From: Pseudomonadota bacterium
Lineage (GTDB): Bacteria; Pseudomonadota; Gammaproteobacteria; Enterobacterales; JBCCZV01
Direction of reading: 5' to 3'
Assembly: GCA_039187085.1 (NCBI GenBank)
Contig: JBCCZV010000002.1
Span: 14,476 to 78,475, forward strand
DNA: 64,000 bases
Positions 32,528 through 43,582 of the stretch are shown here, piece after piece (positions within the stretch are counted from its first letter, which is position 1; the number at the start of each line of letters is the position of its first letter). The position numbers and the translations under genes are program-made. The notes below the pieces were generated by a model, which was not told where the DNA came from, searched no databases, and was given only the letters and a program-made list of their open reading frames with translations.

Positions 32528-33295
32528 ATGGCTATAACTTACAAAACCCCTGATGAAATTGAAAAAATGCGTATTGCTGGCAAACTCGCTGCTGAAGTCC
32601 TAGAAATGATCGAACCCCACGTTGTGAAAGGCATTTCTACAAACGAGCTTAACAGTATTTGCCATCACTATATTGTTGAAAAACAAGGGGCGATACCCGC
32701 ACCATTAGACTATCGCGGCTTTCCAAAATCGATATGCACTTCGGTTAACCACGTCATTTGTCACGGAATACCTTCAGATAAGACATTGAAAGATGGAGAT
32801 ATCATCAATATTGACGTGACAGTCATTAAAGATGGATTCCACGGCGACACGAGCAAAATGTTTTTTGTGGGAAAACCGTCTGTACTCGCTAACCGTTTGG
32901 TCAAAGTAACTCAAGAGGCGCTTTATTTAGCAATCAATATGGTGAAGCCAGGGATGCAATTAGGAACTATTGGTTCAGCAATTGAAGCCCATGCCCACAA
33001 ACATAATTACACTATCGTCAGAGAATACTGCGGTCATGGAATTGGTCGACAATTTCATGAGGATCCACAAGTATTGCATTATGGTAAAGAGGGAACGGGC
33101 GAGCCCCTTAAGCCGGGTATGACTTTTACAATCGAACCCATGATTAATGCGGGCAAACGCCACAGTAAACTTTTAAAGGATGGTTGGACTGTGGTAACCA
33201 AAGATCGTAGCTTATCTGCACAATGGGAACACACGCTTCTTGTAACCGATACGGGCGTAGAAGTGCTTACGGCTCGTCAGGAAGAAGCATTTTGA
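32528..33295 (+). CDS. map: Type I methionine aminopeptidase
   Basis: 255 aa. Metal ligand contexts are present: DIINIDVT, HGDTS, CGHGIG, FTIEPM, QWEHT. Confidence 0.96.
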   Translation: MAITYKTPDEIEKMRIAGKLAAEVLEMIEPHVVKGISTNELNSICHHYIVEKQGAIPAPLDYRGFPKSICTSVNHVICHGIPSDKTLKDGDIINIDVTVIKDGFHGDTSKMFFVGKPSVLANRLVKVTQEALYLAINMVKPGMQLGTIGSAIEAHAHKHNYTIVREYCGHGIGRQFHEDPQVLHYGKEGTGEPLKPGMTFTIEPMINAGKRHSKLLKDGWTVVTKDRSLSAQWEHTLLVTDTGVEVLTARQEEAF

Positions 33296-35952
33296 GTCAA
33301 TCCTCGGCACTTAAACGCCTTTTAACTTCCTCTCATTTGATGACCTTAATTGGTCATCACGCTAACTTTCTCGACGCTTTTAAAACGTATTTCGCGGAAG
33401 TTGAATCAGCCCAGGATCGTGCTTTCAATAAAGGCGCGGCCATTGAGTCCTTGCTTGCAGCTCGAGCAACAGCCACAGACATTGTATTACGGCATCTTTG
33501 GCGTGCCACCCCTCTCTACCGGCAAACCGGATTTACACTGATTGCTGTTGGAGGTTATGGTCGTGGAGAGTTGCATCCTGGCTCTGATGTCGATATTTTG
33601 ATCCTCACCTCAAGATTACCTGAAGAAAAGAATAAAAATGACATAGCGAATTTCATTACCAATTTATGGGATATTGGTTTAGCACCAGGTCATGCTGTTA
33701 GAACACTCGAAGAAACTATAGAGCTGTCCAAAAATGATATTACCGTCATCACAAACTTGGTAGATGCTCGATTCATCATTGGAGATGAACAATACTTCAA
33801 TAATTTAATTGAAGCGGTCGCACCCTCACAAATTTGGTCTGGTGAAGCTTTTTATACCGCCAAAAAAAATGAACAAAAACAAAGGCACTTAAGATTTCAT
33901 AGCACTTCATATAGTTTGGAACCTAATTTAAAAGAAAGCCCTGGAGGGTTACGTGATATACAAACTGTTACTTGGATAGCTAAACGACAATTTCAAGCGT
34001 TGAATTTATTGGAATTAACGCATTTAGGTATTTTCTCCATCAAAGAATATCGTATTCTATCAAGTTGTATGTCGTTTTTGAGTAAAGTTCGATATGCCTT
34101 GCACCGCGTTGCAGGCAGAGCCGAAGAGCGGCTTTTATTCGATTATCAACGACGTGTTGCTCAAAAACTCGGTTATGAACATTCAGATCATAATACTGCA
34201 GTTGAAGTCTTTATGAAAAAGTATTTTCGAGTACTCATGCAAATTCGTGATCTCAATGATCTCTTACTGCAAGTTTTCGAGCAAGAAATTGTTGATGACT
34301 ATTTATTAATTCAACCTCACGTCATCGATCACCAATTTCAAGTACGCAATCAACATATCGAAGTCACAAATAACAATGTGTTTAAAGAAGATTCTTCTGC
34401 CTTACTAAAAATTTTTTTAATGATGGTAAAAACGCATCAGGTTAGTCGTATGTCGCCTTCGACACTTCGATTAATCACTTTACATAAACGCCTTATCGAT
34501 GAAAATTTTCGTCAAGATCCTATTAATCAACAATTATTCTTAGAGTTATTTCGCACAGAAGGCGATTTAGCTCAAGCTTTTACTTTATTAAAACGTTCTG
34601 GGGTTTTGAGTGCGTATTTACCTAGTTTCGCAAAAATTTCAGGACAGATGCAATTTGATATGTTTCATGTCTATACTGTAGATGAGCATACTTTATTTCT
34701 ATTACGAAATATTGCCCACTTCACTCACCCTTCACACTCAGGTGAGTTTCCTTTATGCCAAAGTATTATGAACACCACACCTTACCCTGAACTCGTTTAC
34801 TTAGGCGCTTTATTTCATGACATAGCCAAAGGTCGCGGTGGTGATCATTCGGAACTTGGTGCATTGGATGCGCGAGAATTTTGTCAACAACACCAACTCG
34901 CTGAAGAGCAAGTTGAAATCGTTGAATGGCTTGTGGCTAACCATCTTATTATGTCAACAACTGCTCAAAAACGCGATATCACTGATCCCGAAGTGATTGA
35001 TGAATTCACACAAAAAGTAAAAACCAAAATAAAACTGGATTTGCTTTACGTGCTAACAGTAGCGGATATCAGAGCCACAAACCCTTCTCTTTGGAATAGT
35101 TGGAAAGATGCTTTACTTCAAGAGCTTTATCAAGCTTCATTAAGACGTTTAATGGCTGGCAGTTATGCTCTATCTCAATCCGAACAAATTACGCAGCACA
35201 AAAATACGGCCCTCGAAATGCTTGTTGAAAATGACGAGGAGCTTTCCGGCATCGAAGACTTATGGGGAGCAATGGACGACTCGTATTTTTTAAATTATAA
35301 ACCGGAGCAAATTGCTTGGCACACTCACGCTATACTGAACCACACGAATTCTGAAGCACCGTTGGTTACTGTAAGAACGCACCCTAATGCCGGTGGCACA
35401 GAAATTTTTGTTTATGTTCTCGATCAGTCTTTTATGTTTGCGGCTATCACAACATTCTTAGCCACACAAAACTTAAATATTTTAGCTGCATCTATTCATA
35501 CCACAAAGAATCGCTATTGTCTCGATTCCTTTGTTGTTCTGGGTTCCGATGAACAACCTCTAACATCCAATCAAGAAATTCAATTTATCATTCAGAGACT
35601 CACTTCAATTTTAGAAAATATTGAGCAAGCACCTCTAAGTTTCCAGCAACACACATCTCGTGCAATGAAAACATTTAATGTTATGACCAAAATGATTTTT
35701 CGGGATGACGAGCCATCAGAATATACAACTTTAGAGCTGATTGCTCTCGATCAAGCTGGGCTTTTGTCAATCGTAAGCCAAGCTTTTATCGAAAATGAAA
35801 TACGATTACACTCCGCAAAAATTGTGACATTAGGTGAAAAGGTCGAAGATATTTTCACGATTAGTGACCGTCAAGACAATCCAATTACTGACAAAAGCTT
35901 ACGTCAACAAATTGTAAAGACCATACAATCTCGAATGAAAAGCGAAGAATAA
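33292..35952 (+). CDS. glnD: Bifunctional [protein-PII] uridylyltransferase/uridylyl-removing enzyme
   Basis: It has a nucleotidyltransferase motif (GGYGRGELHPGSDVDILIL), an HD domain (LFHDIAKGRGGDH) and two C-terminal ACT-like regions. The track start (33223) lies inside map. TTG at 33292 (overlapping the map stop) or ATG at 33340 is more plausible. Confidence 0.9.
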   Translation: MSQSSALKRLLTSSHLMTLIGHHANFLDAFKTYFAEVESAQDRAFNKGAAIESLLAARATATDIVLRHLWRATPLYRQTGFTLIAVGGYGRGELHPGSDVDILILTSRLPEEKNKNDIANFITNLWDIGLAPGHAVRTLEETIELSKNDITVITNLVDARFIIGDEQYFNNLIEAVAPSQIWSGEAFYTAKKNEQKQRHLRFHSTSYSLEPNLKESPGGLRDIQTVTWIAKRQFQALNLLELTHLGIFSIKEYRILSSCMSFLSKVRYALHRVAGRAEERLLFDYQRRVAQKLGYEHSDHNTAVEVFMKKYFRVLMQIRDLNDLLLQVFEQEIVDDYLLIQPHVIDHQFQVRNQHIEVTNNNVFKEDSSALLKIFLMMVKTHQVSRMSPSTLRLITLHKRLIDENFRQDPINQQLFLELFRTEGDLAQAFTLLKRSGVLSAYLPSFAKISGQMQFDMFHVYTVDEHTLFLLRNIAHFTHPSHSGEFPLCQSIMNTTPYPELVYLGALFHDIAKGRGGDHSELGALDAREFCQQHQLAEEQVEIVEWLVANHLIMSTTAQKRDITDPEVIDEFTQKVKTKIKLDLLYVLTVADIRATNPSLWNSWKDALLQELYQASLRRLMAGSYALSQSEQITQHKNTALEMLVENDEELSGIEDLWGAMDDSYFLNYKPEQIAWHTHAILNHTNSEAPLVTVRTHPNAGGTEIFVYVLDQSFMFAAITTFLATQNLNILAASIHTTKNRYCLDSFVVLGSDEQPLTSNQEIQFIIQRLTSILENIEQAPLSFQQHTSRAMKTFNVMTKMIFRDDEPSEYTTLELIALDQAGLLSIVSQAFIENEIRLHSAKIVTLGEKVEDIFTISDRQDNPITDKSLRQQIVKTIQSRMKSEE

Positions 35953-36052
35953 AAAACATTCAAACCTTAACGATTTGAGCGCATTTTTCACAATTGCCAC
36001 GAACAATATGTTATAAACCCTAAATCTTATTTTACTAAATCTGGGAGTTCAT

Positions 36053-36883
36053 ATGTCAGAATCCTTACAACAAATCATTGAAACGGCTTTTGAGAGTCGT
36101 CAATCAATCACACCTGACTCACATGACGCTGAAGTTAAAATAGCAGTCGATAAAGTATTAGCTGAAATCGATAGTGGAAAATTACGTGTTGCAGAACCCT
36201 CGAATACAGGTTGGACGGTTAATGAATGGGCTAAGAAAGCCGTACTACTTTCATTCCGGTTACAGCACAATACCCCAATGGAAGCAGGATTTACTCAATT
36301 TTACGATAAGGTACCTAGTAAATTTACGGGTTGGGATGCAGAAAAATTTAACAATTCTGGTATTCGTGTTGTACCGCCAGCTATTGCACGCCGTGGAAGT
36401 TACGTTGCTCCTAATGTCGTACTCATGCCCAGTTATGTCAATATTGGGGCTTATGTGGGAGAAGGTACCATGGTTGACACTTGGGCAACGGTGGGCTCTT
36501 GCGCGCAGATAGGTAAAAATGTGCATCTATCTGGAGGCGTTGGCATAGGCGGTGTTTTGGAGCCTTTGCAAGCCAGCCCCACCATTATCGAAGATAATTG
36601 CTTTATTGGTGCACGTTCTGAAATTGTTGAAGGTGTCATCGTCGAAGAAGGCAGCGTTATTTCAATGGGTGTATTCATTGGTCAAAGTACACGTATTTAT
36701 AACCGAGAAACAGGTGAAACTTTTTATGGTCGCGTGCCAGCAGGTTCTGTGGTTGTCCCTGGCAGCTTGCCTGCTAAGGATGGTACACATTCGCTTAACT
36801 GTGCCGTGATAGTCAAACAAGTAGACGCGAAAACACGAGCAAAAGTGGGCGTTAATGAGTTATTGAGAGCTATCAATGATTAA
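36053..36883 (+). CDS. dapD: 2,3,4,5-tetrahydropyridine-2,6-dicarboxylate N-succinyltransferase
   Basis: 276 aa with a hexapeptide-repeat C-terminal half. The N-terminus and length are typical of DapD, and the map-glnD-dapD synteny is conserved. Confidence 0.93.
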   Translation: MSESLQQIIETAFESRQSITPDSHDAEVKIAVDKVLAEIDSGKLRVAEPSNTGWTVNEWAKKAVLLSFRLQHNTPMEAGFTQFYDKVPSKFTGWDAEKFNNSGIRVVPPAIARRGSYVAPNVVLMPSYVNIGAYVGEGTMVDTWATVGSCAQIGKNVHLSGGVGIGGVLEPLQASPTIIEDNCFIGARSEIVEGVIVEEGSVISMGVFIGQSTRIYNRETGETFYGRVPAGSVVVPGSLPAKDGTHSLNCAVIVKQVDAKTRAKVGVNELLRAIND

Positions 36884-36974
36884 ACGTTATTACCCCTATC
36901 ATTAATTTTTAAACGTTACGCATGGGCATGTTACACAAACGGCTCATGCCTATATTCAAAGAAAAGTGATTATT

Positions 36975-37322
36975 ATGGTAACTCTTTTTGGTATAAAAAA
37001 TTGCGATAAAATGAAGAAAGCTCGGAAATTTTTTGAAGCAAATCAAGTCGAGCATCACCTCCACGACTATCGTCAAGATGGATTAACTGAAGATTGGTTA
37101 AGCCTTTTAGTCGACCACATCGATTGGGCGCAATTAATTAATAAACGCAGTACAACCTGGAAGCAATTGACAGATCCAGAGAAAGCATCTGCTGAGCAAT
37201 TTACCCCAATCAGTGCAGCATTAATTATCCAGCATCCAACCTTATTAAAACGACCTATCATAAACATCGATAACCACTGGGTCGTTGGTTACGATGAAAA
37301 TCAATGGCTAAAATATTTTTAA
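36975..37322 (+). CDS. yffB: ArsC/Spx-family protein (YffB-like)
   Basis: MVTLFGIKNCDKMKKARKFF carries the single N-terminal Cys motif of the YffB subgroup. It lies next to dapE, as in E. coli. The ATG at 36975 is preferred over the track GTG at 36966. Confidence 0.85.
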   Translation: MVTLFGIKNCDKMKKARKFFEANQVEHHLHDYRQDGLTEDWLSLLVDHIDWAQLINKRSTTWKQLTDPEKASAEQFTPISAALIIQHPTLLKRPIINIDNHWVVGYDENQWLKYF

Positions 37323-37388
37323 GCTTTTGATTAGAGAGCATTGACCACTGACTTTTGTTTTTTCTAAATGAATAACGGATAAAAAACC

Positions 37389-38555
37389 ATGAGCGCATCA
37401 GCCAATACATTAATGGAATTATCAGTACTCGAACTCACCAAGCTACTTATTGAAAGAGAATCCGTGACTCCTGAGGATGCCGGTTGCCAGCAGATTATGG
37501 CCAATTACTTACAACAACTTGGTTTTGAAAATGAATTTATGAACTTTGAGGATACTCAAAATCTTTGGAGTATTCGCCAACCTAGTGACTCGGTGCTTGT
37601 TTTTGCAGGCCACACAGATGTTGTGCCTCCAGGAAATCTCAACAAATGGAAGTTTCCCCCTTTTACTCCCACAGAGCACGAAGGCTATCTTTATGGTCGT
37701 GGCGCGGCAGATATGAAAGCTAGCTTGGCCGCTATGTTAGTGGCTACAAAAGAATTTGTTGAGCAACACCCAGAACATCAAGGTTCTATTGCTTTTCTTA
37801 TAACCAGTGACGAAGAAGGACCTTTTATCAATGGTACAGTACGTGTAGTTGAAGAACTGGTGAAACGACAGCAGCCTTTAACTTGGTGCATTGTTGGAGA
37901 ACCTTCGAGCACGGCACAACTTGGGGATGTCGTGAAAATTGGTCGTCGAGGCTCATTGACAGGTCAACTCACTATTCATGGACAGCAAGGTCACGTGGCC
38001 TATCCTCATTTGGCTAAAAATGCTATTCACCTTACTTTACCCGCACTCATCCCGCTGATTGAAACTGAATGGGACCAAGGTAATGCCTACTTTCCACCGA
38101 CCACTTTTCAAATCGCAAATTTTCAAGGTGGTACTGGCGCTGGTAATGTGATTCCAGGAGAAGCCAGTTTGGACTTTAATTTTCGTTTTAGTACGGAGCA
38201 AACTGCTGAAGTTCTAAAAGAAAAAGTTACACAGGTTATTGATGATCTCAACCTCGAGTACGACATGTGTTGGAAACTCAATGGCAACCCTTTTCTGACA
38301 GATTCTGAATCCGAGCTAGTACAAGCGGCTCAAGAGGCGATTCATTCAGAGCTGGGGTTGAAAACCGAGCTTTCAACGGCAGGAGGCACATCAGATGGCC
38401 GATTTATTGCGCCAACTGGTTGCCAAGTGGTTGAAATTGGCCCTGTCAATGCCAGTATTCATAAGGTGAATGAACACGTTAAGATCGATGATTTAGATAG
38501 ATTAAAAAACGTTTACTTATCATGTTTAACAAGGCTTTTGACCAATCGCAAGTAG
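37389..38555 (+). CDS. dapE: Succinyl-diaminopimelate desuccinylase
   Basis: 388 aa, M20 peptidase. Motifs are [25 protein letters not shown] and GTSDGRF. Confidence 0.94.
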   Translation: MSASANTLMELSVLELTKLLIERESVTPEDAGCQQIMANYLQQLGFENEFMNFEDTQNLWSIRQPSDSVLVFAGHTDVVPPGNLNKWKFPPFTPTEHEGYLYGRGAADMKASLAAMLVATKEFVEQHPEHQGSIAFLITSDEEGPFINGTVRVVEELVKRQQPLTWCIVGEPSSTAQLGDVVKIGRRGSLTGQLTIHGQQGHVAYPHLAKNAIHLTLPALIPLIETEWDQGNAYFPPTTFQIANFQGGTGAGNVIPGEASLDFNFRFSTEQTAEVLKEKVTQVIDDLNLEYDMCWKLNGNPFLTDSESELVQAAQEAIHSELGLKTELSTAGGTSDGRFIAPTGCQVVEIGPVNASIHKVNEHVKIDDLDRLKNVYLSCLTRLLTNRK

Positions 38556-38562
38556 CCATTTT

Positions 38563-39252
38563 ATGCAGCAACACGCAATCGAACAAATCATTGGTGTCAG
38601 TCACACACATATTGCCGATTATGTTTGCCCTTATTCTGCAACTAAAATTCCCGTACATCACCAAATCTTGCAACCCTTACAAGATTTGGTGATTCTGGCG
38701 CAAAAAGATGGAGTCTACATTCAACTGATCAGTGGCTTTCGTTCGTTTGAACGTCAATTGACAATTTGGAACAGCAAATGGGCTGGACAACGTGAAGTTA
38801 GAGATGCTTACAGCCAAATCATCGACCCTTTAACTGTCGATGAAACGCAACGATTGTGGTTACTTCTCACTTGGTCTGCTGTGCCAGGTTTAAGCCGCCA
38901 CCATTGGGGAACGGATATCGATATATTTGATGCCAAAGCCATCTCACAAGGGCACAAAGTCACTTTGGTACCCGAAGAGTTTTCAAAAAAAGGGCCTTGC
39001 AACAAGCTCGGAGACTGGCTTAACAATAACCTATTAAATACCTCATTTTTTAGACCTTATTGGCCACATTCAGGCAAAATCAGTCCCGAGCCTTGGCATA
39101 TCAGCTTCAAACCCTTAGCGCAAGGATTAGAATCAGCCGCACTTAAACACAGCCCAAATATATGTCAGCATATTATTTCTCAAAAAACAGCCGGTCATTC
39201 CGTCATAAAACAGAATTTTTCGAAAATACTGAATGAGTATTTCAAAGTTTAA
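38563..39252 (+). CDS. Peptidase M15 (VanY/D-Ala-D-Ala carboxypeptidase-like), no signal peptide
   Basis: Motifs are SGFRSFERQ, SRHHWGTDIDI and EPWHISF, a Zn-binding H-D-H arrangement of the M15B/C type. The N-terminus is not hydrophobic, so the protein is probably cytoplasmic. Confidence 0.75.
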   Translation: MQQHAIEQIIGVSHTHIADYVCPYSATKIPVHHQILQPLQDLVILAQKDGVYIQLISGFRSFERQLTIWNSKWAGQREVRDAYSQIIDPLTVDETQRLWLLLTWSAVPGLSRHHWGTDIDIFDAKAISQGHKVTLVPEEFSKKGPCNKLGDWLNNNLLNTSFFRPYWPHSGKISPEPWHISFKPLAQGLESAALKHSPNICQHIISQKTAGHSVIKQNFSKILNEYFKV

Positions 39253-39540
39253 TAGAATTTTGTTGGGTTATTCTGCGAAAAAAAGCTGTGACAAAACCCT
39301 TGAAATACAAAATGCAAGAAAATATTAGTCCTTATATTTCATAAAGTTATTGCATTATGTTGCAAGAATTCTTGTTTGGGCTCATCTTCTAAATCACTTT
39401 AGTTAATAATTCGTGTATAATGGCCCCGCTTTTTGGCGAGTATGCGCCCAGATCACGAATTTTTGTTTGCGAAACAGATTTGCGAAAACTTTATGAGTGA
39501 AACTTAATCCATTTAATTGATAACTTTTAAGAGCACGAAA

Positions 39541-41625
39541 ATGGTCGATTTAGCAAAATACAGAAACATTGGTATCTTCGCTCACGTAGATGCGGGTAAA
39601 ACCACCACGACTGAGCGTATTTTAAAGCTCACCGGTAAAATCCATAAAACGGGTGAGGTACATGATGGTGCCGCAACAACTGACTTTATGGAACAGGAAC
39701 AAGAACGTGGAATTACTATCCAATCCGCTGCGACCACATGTTTCTGGAAAGACCATAGATTAAACATCATCGATACCCCTGGACACGTAGACTTTACTAT
39801 TGAAGTTTACCGTTCATTAAAAGTACTTGACGGCGGTGTTGGCGTTTTCTGTGGTTCAGGTGGTGTTGAGCCGCAGTCCGAAACTAACTGGCGTTACGCC
39901 AACGAATCTGAAGTCTCTCGAATTATTTTTGTTAATAAGCTTGACCGTATGGGCGCTGACTTCTTGCGCGTTGTTAAGCAAATCGAAGACGTTCTAGCAG
40001 CCAATCCTCTTGTGATGACACTACCTATCGGTATAGAAGATGACTTTACTGGCGTTGTTGATTTATTAACACGCAAAGCTTGGGTTTGGGACGATTCCGG
40101 CCTACCTGAGAATTACGAAATTAAAGATATTCCAGAAGATATGGTTGACTTGGTTGAAGAATACCGTGAAAAGTTAATCGAAACAGCTGTCGAACAAGAC
40201 GACGACTTAATGGAAAAATACTTAGAAGGTGAAGAGCCTTCACTGGAAGACATTAAACGTTGTATCCGCACAGGAACGCACAACTTATCTTTCTTCCCAA
40301 CTTTCTGTGGTTCAGCTTTCAAAAACAAAGGGGTTCAATTGGTACTCGACGCTGTTGTTGATTACTTACCTGATCCCACGCAAGTTGACCCTCAACCAGA
40401 AACCGATGAAGAAGGCAAAGAAACCGGAAAATTCGCAAAAGTTGATCCGGAAGAGCCTTTGCGAGCTCTAGCCTTTAAAATTATGGAAGATCGTTTTGGG
40501 GCATTAACCTTTATTCGTGTTTACTCAGGTAAAATTGAGAAAGGCATGACCGTACTCAACACCTTTACGGGTAAAACTGAACGTATTGGCCGTATGGTTG
40601 AGATGCACGCTGATTCTCGTGAAGAAATTGACAGCGCACAGGCTGGCGATATCATTGCTGTAGTAGGCATGAAAAATGTTCAAACGGGTCATACACTTTG
40701 TGATCCTAATAACCCTGCTACTCTTGAGCCAATGATCTTCCCTGATCCAGTTATCTCTATTGCTGTCGCTTCCAAAGACAAAGGTGCGGCAGAGAAACTA
40801 GGCGTTGCTCTTGGTAAGATGATTCAAGAAGATCCTTCATTCCAAGTAGAAACCGATCAAGACAGTGGCGAGACCATCTTGAAAGGTATGGGAGAGCTGC
40901 ACCTTGACGTTAAAATTGATATCTTGAAACGTACTTACGGTATCGAACTTGAAGTAGGTAAACCACAAGTTGCTTACCGTGAAACCATTACACAACGTGT
41001 TGAAGACACTTATACTCACAAGAAACAATCGGGTGGTTCAGGTCAGTTCGGTCGCGTTGATTACATCATTGAGCCAGGCGAAGCAGGTACTGGTTTCCAA
41101 TTCGAATCAACGGTTGTTGGCGGTAACATTCCTAAAGAATTTTGGCCGGCTATTGAGAAAGGCTTCAAAGGCATGATGGGCGAAGGTATTCTTGCTAGCT
41201 ACCCTGTTCTTGACGTTAAAGTTAACCTGTTTGATGGTGCTTTCCATGCTGTTGACTCCTCAGCAGTTGCTTTCGAAATTGCTGCTAAAGGCGCTTACCG
41301 TCAAAGTATGCCGAAAGCGGGGCCACAGTTGCTTGAGCCTATTATGAAGGTTGATGTCATCACTCCTGAAGATAATGTGGGTGACGTCATTGGTGACTTA
41401 AATCGCCGTCGCGGAATGATCTCTTCGCAAGAAGCAGGTCCCACTAGCGTACGTATCAAAGCTGAAGTACCACTCTCGGAAATGTTTGGTTACATTGGCC
41501 ATTTACGTACTTTGACTTCAGGCCGTGGTCAGTTCTCTATGGAGTTCTCACACTACTTACCTTGCCCTGCAAGTGTTGCCGAAGTTGTTATCGCTGAAGC
41601 GAAAGAGCGCAACGCAAAGAAATAA
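39541..41625 (+). CDS. fusA: Elongation factor G paralog (EF-G 2 type), stand-alone
   Basis: Motifs are [28 protein letters not shown] (G1), DTPGHVDF (G3) and NKLDR (G4), and domains II-V are present. The ATG at 39541 is preferred to the track TTG at 39517. The gene is not in an rpsL-rpsG-fusA-tuf context. Confidence 0.92.
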   Translation: MVDLAKYRNIGIFAHVDAGKTTTTERILKLTGKIHKTGEVHDGAATTDFMEQEQERGITIQSAATTCFWKDHRLNIIDTPGHVDFTIEVYRSLKVLDGGVGVFCGSGGVEPQSETNWRYANESEVSRIIFVNKLDRMGADFLRVVKQIEDVLAANPLVMTLPIGIEDDFTGVVDLLTRKAWVWDDSGLPENYEIKDIPEDMVDLVEEYREKLIETAVEQDDDLMEKYLEGEEPSLEDIKRCIRTGTHNLSFFPTFCGSAFKNKGVQLVLDAVVDYLPDPTQVDPQPETDEEGKETGKFAKVDPEEPLRALAFKIMEDRFGALTFIRVYSGKIEKGMTVLNTFTGKTERIGRMVEMHADSREEIDSAQAGDIIAVVGMKNVQTGHTLCDPNNPATLEPMIFPDPVISIAVASKDKGAAEKLGVALGKMIQEDPSFQVETDQDSGETILKGMGELHLDVKIDILKRTYGIELEVGKPQVAYRETITQRVEDTYTHKKQSGGSGQFGRVDYIIEPGEAGTGFQFESTVVGGNIPKEFWPAIEKGFKGMMGEGILASYPVLDVKVNLFDGAFHAVDSSAVAFEIAAKGAYRQSMPKAGPQLLEPIMKVDVITPEDNVGDVIGDLNRRRGMISSQEAGPTSVRIKAEVPLSEMFGYIGHLRTLTSGRGQFSMEFSHYLPCPASVAEVVIAEAKERNAKK

Positions 41626-41650
41626 GCGTTGACTATTAAGCGTTTAGAAA

Positions 41651-41677
41651 ACCTCAGTCATTACTGAGGTTTTTTTT
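41651..41677. terminator. Bidirectional rho-independent terminator
   Basis: ACCTCAGT-CATT-ACTGAGGT forms a perfect 8-bp stem. It is followed by T7 on the plus strand and preceded by GAAA. It sits between convergent fusA-like (+) and lipoprotein (-) genes, and the minus-gene stop overlaps the T-run. Confidence 0.85.
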
Positions 41678-42164
41678 ACCTGGAAGATTTATCGGATACC
41701 TGAAAGTCGCCTATAACAGAATATAGAAATAGATTTGAATCGATGACTGGTGTGCGATTGACTCGCCATTGCAATCTAATATTATCGTATCGAAAAGTGG
41801 CAATTTGTTTTGCAAAGTCCACTTGATGAAACCAACTCGCACTCAAACACTCTGCCACCTGCTGAACTTGCTTTTGCCACCAACGAACGGCCGTAGTCGA
41901 TTTATGCAATTGCCATCCACACTGCCAACGCACAAAACTGCCCTCCACTATTAACTCAGATTGAGAAAGGCTCTTATCAGCACATAAACCAAACTCAGTG
42001 GGTAATTGCGTTTTAGAGCTTTTCAAGTTATCTATCAATAAGATGAAGACTTGGCAATCCGACACAGGCAATATAACATCGTTTAAATGATGATTGCTCT
42101 TAGTTGCACAACCCATAACAGTGAGCAAAAGACTTATCAAGAAACAACGCAGAAATGGTTTCAC
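41676..42164 (-). CDS. Hypothetical lipoprotein
   Basis: 162 aa with signal peptide and lipobox LLTVMGC. I recognise no family. It is co-directional with, and 63 nt downstream of, the DUF4136 lipoprotein gene. Confidence 0.6.
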   Translation of the reverse strand: MKPFLRCFLISLLLTVMGCATKSNHHLNDVILPVSDCQVFILLIDNLKSSKTQLPTEFGLCADKSLSQSELIVEGSFVRWQCGWQLHKSTTAVRWWQKQVQQVAECLSASWFHQVDFAKQIATFRYDNIRLQWRVNRTPVIDSNLFLYSVIGDFQVSDKSSR

Positions 42165-42227
42165 AACTGATAAAAGTCCAAACTTAATAAAAACTTTGAT
42201 AAAATTAAGTTTGGACAGACCTTAAAG

Positions 42228-42767
42228 TTATTGAGAAATTTTAGAAGGGAATTCTGCAAACAGGGTATCGACAGCCTGATCAATCCGTTCGGTTTGCTGT
42301 TCTGGTGTCGGTGATTTGGCAAAATTTCCTTTAGCGGTTCCGCGCCAAACCACTCGCTTTTGTTTAGGATCAATTAAATCCACGACTAAGTTTCCTACCT
42401 CATACTCTTTAACATAGGTTGTTACGTTGCCCCAACCATGGCGAAAACCGTACCGAGTATAGAAGCGATCTACATCAATTTTTTTGTCCACCATAATGGT
42501 GATGTGCACCTGAAGCCCGGATTGAGCCTCACTCGTCTCAGTTAAACCTTTACCTTTGAGGTTTCTTTTGATGGCCTCGATAGCACGAGCTTCGTTTAAG
42601 CTAAGATTTTTTTCTTGATCAGGCTTCTGAAGTGAAAAAGATTGGTAACGACTAAAGTCAACCGTGGCGTCGTAATCATAGTGTGTAGACACAGTAGCAC
42701 ATGACGCCAGTACCAATGTAGTCACAGCTAGAATAGCTAATTTAATAACCCATAACTGTTTTTGCAT
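42228..42767 (-). CDS. DUF4136-family lipoprotein
   Basis: 179 aa with lipobox LVLASC followed by ATVSTHYDYDATVDFSRYQSF, and a C-terminal ...VVWRGTAKG... pattern. These are characteristic of DUF4136 as I recall it. Confidence 0.7.
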   Translation of the reverse strand: MQKQLWVIKLAILAVTTLVLASCATVSTHYDYDATVDFSRYQSFSLQKPDQEKNLSLNEARAIEAIKRNLKGKGLTETSEAQSGLQVHITIMVDKKIDVDRFYTRYGFRHGWGNVTTYVKEYEVGNLVVDLIDPKQKRVVWRGTAKGNFAKSPTPEQQTERIDQAVDTLFAEFPSKISQ

Positions 42768-42835
42768 ACAACTGTTTACCTCGCATAAGTTAAGGCGTTA
42801 AATCCATTCATCCTGTGACCAGTTTTAAGGAAAGG

Positions 42836-43582
42836 TTAAAACATATGTTGGCCGCCATTAACCGACAAATTAGAGCCTGTAATAAAACCGGCATCTTCTG
42901 AGGCTAAAAAACTCACAGCCATTGCCACTTCTTGTGGTGTTCCTAAACGCCCCACAGGAATATCTTTAATGATAGAATCTCTAACTTCTTCCGGCACTGC
43001 CATAACCATTTTGGTGGCAATATATCCAGGAGATACCGTATTCACAGTCACACCTTTACGTGCTACTTCTTGAGATAGCGCTTTGGTGAAACCATGCATA
43101 CCAGCTTTAGCTGCGGAATAATTAGTTTGACCCAATTGCCCTTTTTGCGCATTTATGGATGAAACATTAATAATCCGGCCAAAACGCCTTTCAATCATAC
43201 CGTTGACGACATGACGTGTCATGTTAAAGACACTGTTCAAGTTCGCAGAAATCACATCATCCCACTGATCAATAGCCATTTTTTTCAAAGTGCTATCACG
43301 TGTAATCCCTGCATTATTGATTAGAACATCAATAGGGCCTAAAGTTTCCTCAACGTGGCGCACACAGTTTAAACAGGATTCAAAATCTCTGACATCGCCA
43401 TAACTAATTTGGATATCATAACCCGTGTTTCTTTGTTCTACTTGCCATGCTTGCGCTTTAGCATGGTTACCACCGCTGTTATAACCCGCAGCGACTTTAT
43501 AACCAATATCGACTAAACGTCGGCAAATAGCGGTGCCAATCCCACCTGTTCCACCGGTTACTAATGCGATTCGTTGCGTCAT
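42836..43582 (-). CDS. phbB: Acetoacetyl-CoA reductase (SDR family)
   Basis: 248 aa. It has the VTGGTGGIG cofactor motif, NAG, and the YSAAK catalytic Y-x3-K. Overall it is similar to PhaB/PhbB-type reductases. Confidence 0.8.
   Translation of the reverse strand: MTQRIALVTGGTGGIGTAICRRLVDIGYKVAAGYNSGGNHAKAQAWQVEQRNTGYDIQISYGDVRDFESCLNCVRHVEETLGPIDVLINNAGITRDSTLKKMAIDQWDDVISANLNSVFNMTRHVVNGMIERRFGRIINVSSINAQKGQLGQTNYSAAKAGMHGFTKALSQEVARKGVTVNTVSPGYIATKMVMAVPEEVRDSIIKDIPVGRLGTPQEVAMAVSFLASEDAGFITGSNLSVNGGQHMF

Noticed and set aside
33223-33291. Track start of glnD that would overlap map by 73 nt
   Set aside because: The extension translates to a non-conserved Arg/Ser-rich peptide inside the map coding frame. 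TTG at 33292 (overlapping the map TGA) or ATG at 33340 gives a normal GlnD N-terminus.
42161-42373. 70-aa ORF overlapping the 3' part of the DUF4136 gene in another frame
   Set aside because: It lies almost entirely within the better-supported 179-aa lipoprotein gene, with no RBS and no recognisable features.
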